From positions 407,344 to 471,343 of the forward strand of contig CAWCOT010000005.1 in the NCBI GenBank assembly GCA_963797275.1: a DNA stretch of 64,000 bases, written 5' to 3'. Position 1 is the stretch's first letter; each line of letters starts with the position of its first letter. Shown here piece after piece: positions 57,712-64,000 of this stretch. The notes beneath the pieces are model-generated. The model was not told where the DNA came from and ran no database searches. It was given only the letters and a program-made list of their open reading frames with translations. The position numbers were made by a program, and so were the translations under genes. The stretch is from an uncultured Chloroflexia bacterium. Lineage in GTDB: Bacteria; Chloroflexota; Anaerolineae; Anaerolineales; UBA11579.

Positions 57712-58900
57712 TTATCCTTTCACAGAGCCAGCCAGCAAACCGCGTACAAAGTAGCGCTGAAAAGCGAAGAACACGATCATGGGCAGGATCATCGACAGGA
57801 AGGCAGAAGACGTTAGCAACTGCCATCCGCCACCCAGCGATTGCACCAGATTATTGATCTGGTAGGTGAGCACCGGCTTGGCCCCGGTTAAGAAGACCAA
57901 AGCGACCAGTAGGTCATTCCACACCCACAGGAACTGGAAGATGGCCAGGGAGGCTAAGGCTGGCATGGAAAGCGGCAGTGCCAATCTGTAAAAGGCCGTC
58001 CAATGGGAGGCTCCATCCAGATAGGCAGATTCGAACAGATCCTTTGGCAAGGCCCCGATGAAGTTGCGCATCAGGTAGATGGCATAAGGCAATCCGAAGC
58101 CCGTATGGAACAGCCATACTCCCAGAAAGGTGGCGTTTAGACCGAGTTGAGCATAGAGGCGAGAAATGGGTACCAGGGTCATTTGAAGCGGTACGATTTG
58201 TAAGCCAACCAGTAGCGCAAATATCCACATGCGGCCGCGGAATTCCAGCCAGGAAAAGGCGTAAGCGGCCAGAGCGCCAAAGATCAATGGCAGAAAAGTT
58301 GCCGGGATACTTACGATCAATGTGTTTACAAAAGCTTGGCCCATTCCGCGTGGATTACTCAGGTCCGTTACAAAGTTGCAGGTTAGGTCTGAGCTTTGCG
58401 TTCCGGCAGCGCATTCGTCTGCATAGCTGCTGGTGCCGCGATAGCCCACCAGAGAGTCTACATAATTGCTAAGGGAAACCCTGGGCCGGGTATCCACGCC
58501 AGCGTTTCGCCGCAGATAGGAAAGGATATCCGCCAGGGTTTGGTCGTCTGGCCTTGCGTCCTGCGGGATGTGTACAACTCCGTCATATTCATTATTAAAG
58601 GTGGCTTTGATTGAAACCGATCGTTTGATGCTGCCAATGTAAGCTGGATCACTCAGGTTGGCGGCAGCTATAGCGTCTCCCGGTCGGACCATGGCAGGAT
58701 GCGCAGAATTGTTGATATTCGTCGTTTCCAGGGAGGGCGCTGAAAACCGTCCACCAACCGGTCTCGTTGGCATCCTGAACGGGCCGGAAAGAAGTTACCA
58801 GTAATCCAAGCGTGGGCACTATCCAGATCACGGTCAGAAGAATGATGAGAATGTGAACCGGAAGAGCCCCCAGCCAATTTCGAAACCGTTGGATATTCAT
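57712..58900 (-). CDS. MalG-type carbohydrate ABC transporter permease with a cytochrome-c-like (CxxCH) periplasmic insert; 1-nt frameshift near 58679..58681
   Basis: ATG 58900 gives MNIQRFRNWLGALPVHILIILLTVIWIVP...GWWTVFSALPGNDEYQQFCASCHGPTG. After a frame change it continues DAIAAANLSDP...SLSNYV...GMGQAFVNTLIVSIPAT...DGASHWTAFYRLALP (EAA loop). Confidence 0.7.
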
Positions 58901-59858
58901 CGGATCGCCTCTTGTTCTCTGAAGCGTTTGATGTTCAGGTACATAAATGGGAATTACCGCCATCACCAGGATGGTAGCGACAGCGGTGCCGAGCGCCAGT
59001 ATTATGGCTAATATACATGGTCTGGTACATGCGATTAGCAATCACGTCGGTGCTGTAATTCCCACCGGTCATTACGAAGACAATATCGAATATTTTCAGT
59101 GTGTTGATGACCATGGTGGTAATTACCACCGTGATGGTTGGCAGGATAATGGGAATGGTAATGCGCCAGAAAGCCCGCCATTCTGAGGCGCCGTCCAGGC
59201 GGGCGGCCTCAAGGAGTTCAGTTGGCACGCCTTTGATAGCGGCTGATAAAATGACCATGCAAAAGCCTGCCCAAATCCAAATCCCCACGATGATGAGCAT
59301 GAAAGTGTTAATGGGTATTCGGGTCAAGAAGGATACAGGCTCTCCGCCAAACAGCCGCACGATTGCATTCAGTAGTCCGATCTGCGTATTCTTCGTTCCA
59401 AATGCATACATGAATTTCCAAATAACACCTGCGCCCACAAATGAAATTGCCATGGGCAGGAAAATAATTGACTTGGCGACTGACTCGTAGCTAACGCGGT
59501 CAGCGATAACGGCCAAAAGGAGGCCAAAGCCCACCGAACCCGTAACCATAAATAGCAGCCACTTAATATTGTCTCCAAAGGACGAGATCCAAAAACTAGA
59601 CCAAAGTGTGCCTGCATTGGCTGTGTTTAGTTCATCGAAAATTGCATGCCGGTAATTTTCAAAGATTCCCCAACAAGGTTGCCCTTGCACGCAGGTGGAC
59701 GAAGCCCAGGTAGTTGAGTTACCACTCAACAGACTCAGGTAAATCGTATTGAACATTGGGTAGATAATGAAAATGATGACGATCAACAGGGCGGGCAATA
59801 TGTAAAGCCAAGGTATCAACGGCCCCTGTCTCATTATATTGGGTGAACGCGATGCCAT
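58897..59858 (-). CDS. MalF-type carbohydrate ABC transporter permease; two frameshifts in the last ~150 nt
   Basis: ..EAARLDGASEWRAFWRITIPIILP.. is the EAA loop. The tail needs ..YQTMYISHNTGA | GTAVATILVMAVIP | MYLNIKRFREQEAIR*. TGA 58897..58899 forms an ATGA overlap with the next gene. Confidence 0.7.
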
Positions 59859-59937
59859 CTCTCTCCTCCAAACTGGGCGATTTAGTAAAAATCTGGGGCG
59901 CCTTTCGACGCCCCAGATTTTTCTAAATCAAAGTTGA

Positions 59938-61291
59938 CTATTGACCCATCTGGTCCGCGTGTTGAGCAGCCGCGGCATTGGCGAGTGCATCCTGGATGCT
60001 GGAAGCACCGCTAACGACGTCTACAATCGCCTTCCATTCTGCAGTCGGGAAGGTTGGTTGGATGGAGTCACCAAGGTCAGGAGTGGCAGCCGTGGCGTTC
60101 GCCAGAACGGCAGCCAGATCGGCATTGGTGGGATCCATGTAGTGGCCAGTGGAGCCATTGTTCGGGGAAAGACCAAAGCCGGCCTCGCGCCCAGGCAGCA
60201 CCGCCATCCGCGCTGGTGATGAAGCTGACCAGAGCATGTACAGCGGGGGTGTCATTGAAGGCCATCATGCCAGTCAGCACCACTCTGAACGCCCTGGGCG
60301 CCTGGGAAGGGAAAGAAGGCAAAGTCAGTGCCCATATTCCAGCTCAGGGAACTGAGCCTTGACGTTGCCGCCAGCGAAACCAGACTGCTTAACCATCATG
60401 GCTTCCGGGGGATCCGAGAAGGGCTTGAGCAAAGCATCCGAGAAAGATGTGCTCAAAGCGCCGTCCGCGCCACCCAGGAGTAAGCAGGATCGGTAGCCCA
60501 GTTAGAGTAGATCTGGTAAGCCTCGGCCACGCCAGGATCATCGTAGGAAACGGTGCCGTCAATGATGCCATTGACGAAGTCCGGGCCCTGCGTGGTCAGC
60601 AGGATGTCCTGAATGAAGTCAGAAGCGGTCCAACCAGTGGCATCACCGCTCTCGAAACCCATGGAGAATGGCACGTTGCCATCGGCGACCATTTGGTCAG
60701 CCAGAGCAGTGAAGTCGTCCCAGGTGGTGGGAACGGAGTAGCCAGTTGCATCAAAATTTACGGGGCTGTACCACACGATTGTCTTGGGGTCAGCTTTGAC
60801 ACCGACTGCCACCCAGTTGCCGTTGGAGTAAGCCTTCCAGGCATCAGGAGTAGTTGTCAGCATGCACCGCCGAGGGAGTCGAGGGCTTTCAGTTGTCTGC
60901 CATAAGCTACGACCGGAGCTGTGCTCGGCCAGATTACGATGTCGTAGGGGGTTCCAGCCTGGACACGGGTATCGCAGCAGAGCCTGGTCGCGAGTGGACT
61001 CGGTTTGCAGGATCGATACCGCATTGGTCGAGCGAGGGGCTGCACGGCAGCCTTGAAACAGATCTTCCTCATCGCCGGACCGCTGGTAAACGATCGCTGA
61101 CTGTCGTCGCCAGAGGCGGCGCCCATGCACATATCCATGGGTTCGGCCATTGCCTCTGTGGGAGCGGGGGCTTCGGTGGGGGAGGCGGGAGCGGCGGGGG
61201 CGGTCGTTGCGGCGGCACCGCAAGCGGCCAAAACCAGCGCCGACACACTGAGCAGGCTCACTAAGAGCCATGCTTTTTTAAAGGTCTTCAT
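59938..61291 (-). pseudogene. Family-1 sugar ABC solute-binding lipoprotein, broken by about 10 frame changes (either a pseudogene or heavily mis-called sequence)
   Basis: AAGGAG SD plus MKTFKKAWLLVSLLSVSALVLAAC lipobox at 61291. Good SBP-like peptide pieces are spread over all three frames down to ..AQHADQMGQ* at 59938. Confidence 0.7.
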
Positions 61292-61646
61292 TCTGTTTTT
61301 CTCCTTAGAATAGTTGGTAATTCTAGATTGTTTTCTAGAGGATAACGAGTCTTCGTTCACCTCCTTTCGGGAGTGGTGCGGTCCGCCAAATGAAAATACG
61401 GACGTTAAAACCTCAGAGTTGTAGTTACCGATAAATGCGACCGACTAGTGGCAACTTCGCCAAAAAAACAGGTAAATATATACGTGAAACAAAAAATCTG
61501 ACACACTTAAATTAGTAAAGTAAACAATAAAGTTTTACTAGGCGCGAAGCCATGCTACTACGCGAAAAAATCAATGTCAAGAAAAACCAGGGCTTTTGGC
61601 CGTGTAACCGTTTACTTAAGCTTAAAAAATTGAGGTTTAGGCGGAG

Positions 61647-62633
61647 TTACTTAAATACTTCGTAGTAGCCGCGATCCAACTCATCATCACTTAAGTGGGC
61701 GTAGCGTTGGGTGACTTGGATATTGCGGTGGCGGGCAAGTTCTTGGGCCAGTTTAAGGTTGCCTCCCGAAGCGCGCAGCACTGTGGTTACAAAAAAATGA
61801 CGGAAGGAGTGCGGTGTGATTGTGCCAGCGGCCTGATCGCCAAGAGCCTGACGCACGCGTTGGGCTATGATGTTGCGGCCGGTGGTGGGCGTGATTGGCT
61901 TCACTTGGTTGCCACCACCTTTGTCGTGGCGAGCGAAGATGGGCAAGGAGGTCAATGCTTTGCCTGAGCCACCATCAATAGAGGCGCGAGCGTTCAGATA
62001 ATCTTTTAGCGCGGTCAGCGAGCGTTTGGAGAACCGCACGACCGCTTGTCGGTTACCCTTTCCGATGATGATGGCTTTACCCTCGTTCCAATCCAGGTCG
62101 CCGCGCCGCAAGTTGCAAGCCTCGTGCACGCGCAAGCCCGTATCTCCCAACGTGATAATGAAGGCTCGGTCTCGCAGATTGCGCAAATGTTCTTGGTCAT
62201 CCTCTGTTGGGGCGGAGACAAGACCTTGAGCAAACCCCATCATTTGCTCGATAGCATCACGCGGGAATTGTGGCAAGCGCGGCCCGGGCCGACGGCCGCG
62301 CTGGCGAATCAGAAGCCGCACACGTGGAAGGTTGGGCTCGGCGAGTTTTTCAGCTGCTAGGAATTCGTAAAAGCCGGACACGGCGGTTAACCGTAGGCGC
62401 TCCGTGGCTGGCGAAAGGTTCTTTTGGTCCGTGGCAAACAAAGCTACTGCATCCTCAGTGAGCGAGGCCAAGCTGGTCTGGGCTGGGTCCAGTCCGTCTT
62501 TCAAAAGGGCTGCGCGAAAGGCGTCCAAGGCCTTCCGGTAGGTGAGGGCGGTGTTTTCAGAACGCGCCAGGGTCACACTGTCAATGTATCGCGCAATCGC
62601 CTGGTCGACAGTAATTCCTGATAAGCTGTCCAT
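61647..62633 (-). CDS. Tyrosine recombinase/integrase (XerC/D-like)
   Basis: N-terminal SAM-like core-binding domain. Catalytic ..TGLRVHEACNLRRGDL.. (Arg), ..HSFRHFF.. (HxxR), ..LARHRNIQVTQRYAHL (His, Tyr). Confidence 0.85.
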   Translation of the reverse strand: MDSLSGITVDQAIARYIDSVTLARSENTALTYRKALDAFRAALLKDGLDPAQTSLASLTEDAVALFATDQKNLSPATERLRLTAVSGFYEFLAAEKLAEPNLPRVRLLIRQRGRRPGPRLPQFPRDAIEQMMGFAQGLVSAPTEDDQEHLRNLRDRAFIITLGDTGLRVHEACNLRRGDLDWNEGKAIIIGKGNRQAVVRFSKRSLTALKDYLNARASIDGGSGKALTSLPIFARHDKGGGNQVKPITPTTGRNIIAQRVRQALGDQAAGTITPHSFRHFFVTTVLRASGGNLKLAQELARHRNIQVTQRYAHLSDDELDRGYYEVFK

Positions 62634-62640
62634 AGCGCGC

Positions 62641-62670
62641 ATTATATGGGAGGCGCAATAGTTATCGCAA
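62641..62670 (-). promoter_or_regulatory. Putative leaderless promoter of the integrase gene
   Basis: Minus strand: TTGCGA (62665..62670), 18 nt, TATAAT (62641..62646), 7 nt, ATG 62633 (MDSLSG...). Confidence 0.45.
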
Positions 62671-62809
62671 GCAAAGAGGACGGTCAATTGGCCAAATAGG
62701 GGCCGGGGGTTCTCGAAAGTCGCCGTGTCTTCTTGCGTTGCGTATAGTTTTATGCGAAGGCCTCGGCCAAGCGTGGGGCTTTAATTTTATTGATACTGGC
62801 TGTGAGCCC

Positions 62810-62926
62810 TCAGAAAACCAAACCCAATACGGCGGCGCCAAAAATCCGGCCTATGATTACTAGGGAGAGCAGAAAACCCCACATTCCAATGAAAACACCA
62901 AGCGCAACTCTTACGACGGTTTGCAT
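62810..62926 (-). CDS. Possible 38-aa hydrophobic peptide (type-I-toxin-like or small membrane protein)
   Basis: MQTVVRVALGVFIGMWGFLLSLVIIGRIFGAAVLGLVF. GAAGGGA lies about 12 nt upstream of the ATG. Below the ORF-track cutoff. Confidence 0.3.
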   Translation of the reverse strand: MQTVVRVALGVFIGMWGFLLSLVIIGRIFGAAVLGLVF

Positions 62927-62980
62927 GTATTAGTTTCCCTTCCCGATCATTCTTTGTGCAATCATTTTATATGGCTTGCA

Positions 62981-63016
62981 GGTTCCATGCCGGGAACCGG
63001 CATAAGGTGTTTTTTT
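62981..63016 (+). terminator. Overlapping alternative hairpins followed by a T7 run (plus-strand terminator-like element with no plus-strand gene)
   Basis: GGTTCC-atgccg-GGAACC overlaps ATGCCGG-gaa-CCGGCAT, then aaggtgTTTTTTT. Confidence 0.35.
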
Positions 63017-63583
63017 ACCAGCGCTCCTTTTAGGGGCAGATGTTTACCGTTGGCTATACTTGTTTTGTATATGGATGAAGTCCTTGCTTACTAAATTACC
63101 TATATCTTTATTTAAATTGCCGCTATTTAACCTGACCGGTATTAGGATTTGTAAGCCGAGCCTAAGCTAATCCACATGCGGCACGGGGGGACTATCTCGA
63201 AAATATTGCTCGCTTCCTCATAGATTGATTTTACGTCTGCGGGCATCTCCGCTATTGGTGGGGGAGCATGCCGTGGTTATGGGGAAAGCATTTTCTCGCT
63301 GCTCGTATCGCCGTTCTCCGCTGTCCAAATGAAATACCCTTGCATGACGGATTTTGGCAAATGGTCAACATAATAAAAATCAATTAGACCTTTATCCAAA
63401 TGCGTATAGACTATATCCGCTTTCCTCAACGCAAACCAGGATTGCTAGGGTAAGCGTGTAGACAATACGTAATTAAAGGCGTCTGACCTGAAATTTGAGT
63501 TACGTATTTTGATATAGAGCCATAATCGCAATTATATGACGGTAAATTTCACCAAAAACGATTGAATATCCGCTCTAATTCAT

Positions 63584-63934
63584 TCATCTCTCCTCTTTGC
63601 CTTTTCTAGTAGCCCAAGAAGCCTCAAATTCCTCATCGGAAGGAATGCTACCAGTGGGGTTGATAAAGAACTTTTGCTGGTGCTTATCGAGCTCTGCAGG
63701 TAGCTCAGCACCTCGAAATCTGAACGCTTGTATATCTTCAACTTCTAGATCATCACCAGGGCGATAAAGACCTAAATTCAGCGCCATAAGCCGAGCGCCC
63801 ATGACCAATGCCATGCGTTGGAAATCCGTCTCTGATAGGGCGGCGCGGGCTGACCACTTTAGCAGCTGAGTTTTAAGCGGCGTGCTAACGCGTACTCTAA
63901 CTTCATCATGTAATTTGAGCTGACGACCTGCCAT
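63584..63934 (-). CDS. Ribbon-helix-helix (CopG/MobC-like) DNA-binding protein with acidic C-terminal extension
   Basis: ..HDEVRVRVSTPLKTQLLKWSARAALSETDFQRMALVMGARLM.. fits the strand-helix-helix RHH pattern. Confidence 0.45.
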   Translation of the reverse strand: MAGRQLKLHDEVRVRVSTPLKTQLLKWSARAALSETDFQRMALVMGARLMALNLGLYRPGDDLEVEDIQAFRFRGAELPAELDKHQQKFFINPTGSIPSDEEFEASWATRKGKEER

Positions 63935-64000
63935 TACAAACCTCGCAAGACTGCAAATGCAAAAAAGCGGAGGTCTGTAATCGGAGCTTCGGACCTTGGG

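Larger units (their letters stand above)
61361..64000. mobile_element. Edge of a probable integrated or degraded mobile island (integrase, AT-rich non-coding DNA, RHH gene); continues past the window end
   Basis: Composition turns abruptly AT-rich after the ABC operon. About 0.9 kb (62688..63583) has no ORF of 60 aa or more. An integrase and an RHH gene are present. Boundaries and att sites are not identified. Confidence 0.4.

Noticed and set aside
61292-61360. Track start at 61360 (MNEDSLSSRKQSRITNYSKEKNR-) for the solute-binding protein.
   Set aside because: A strong AAGGAG RBS sits 9 nt before the internal ATG 61291, which begins a textbook lipoprotein signal. The upstream extension is AT-rich leader sequence.
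63464-63508. 9-bp perfect inverted repeat AATACGTAA ... TTACGTATT with a 27-nt loop, downstream of the RHH gene.
   Set aside because: The stem is AT-rich and weak, with no T-run on the relevant strand. It could arise by chance in AT-rich DNA. Noted only as a possible recombinase or RHH binding site.
1-64000. Scan for CRISPR arrays, rRNA, tmRNA, RNase P or SRP RNA, retron or DGR reverse transcriptases, and known defence gene sets.
   Set aside because: I saw no spaced direct-repeat arrays, no rRNA-like or recognisable structured-RNA signatures, and no RT, Cas, restriction or abortive-infection style ORFs. Absence of ncRNAs judged by eye is not conclusive.

Overview
A 64-kb chromosomal window of moderately high GC. 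The gene content looks like a monoderm-style Chloroflexota (Anaerolineae-like) genome; this is inferred from protein styles only, since no database search was possible. I count about 75 protein genes and 2 tRNA-Leu genes, with no rRNA, no CRISPR array and no recognisable defence system.

Most of the window is housekeeping:
- lipid synthesis (plsX, fabD, fabG, fabF)
- translation and protein handling (rpmF, rpsF-ssb, prfB with its programmed +1 frameshift, tig-clpP)
- chromosome and RNA functions (smc, scpA, rnc, nusB, rlmN, nnr)
- export (tatA/tatC)
- molybdopterin genes (moaC, fused moaD-moaE)

The functional blocks are:
- a STAS/RsbW/GAF-PP2C partner-switching set (6.5-9.1 kb)
- a Pho block (47.7-56 kb): a PhoP/PhoR-like two-component system, arsR with a Trx-like protein and an ArsP-like permease, a phased Pho-box array, pstSCAB and arsC
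- a sugar ABC transporter plus treS locus (56-61.3 kb)
- the edge of an AT-rich, integrase-bearing island (61.4-64 kb)

The points most worth a second look:
1. A CxxCH cytochrome-c-like insert in the periplasmic loop of the MalG-type permease.
2. Many single-nucleotide frameshifts split otherwise intact, often essential genes, so the supplied ORF track is fragmented. There is an extreme hotspot of about 10 frame changes in the ABC solute-binding protein gene. These are probably homopolymer sequencing errors, but that is unproven.
3. An ATGA-coupled pair of a PPM phosphatase and a tiny P-loop protein.
4. A translationally coupled 55-codon ORF between moaC and moaDE.
5. Several TATAAT-N6-7-ATG (leaderless-type) starts.

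I found no convincing wholly new multi-gene system. Frameshift positions are approximate to within a few nucleotides.
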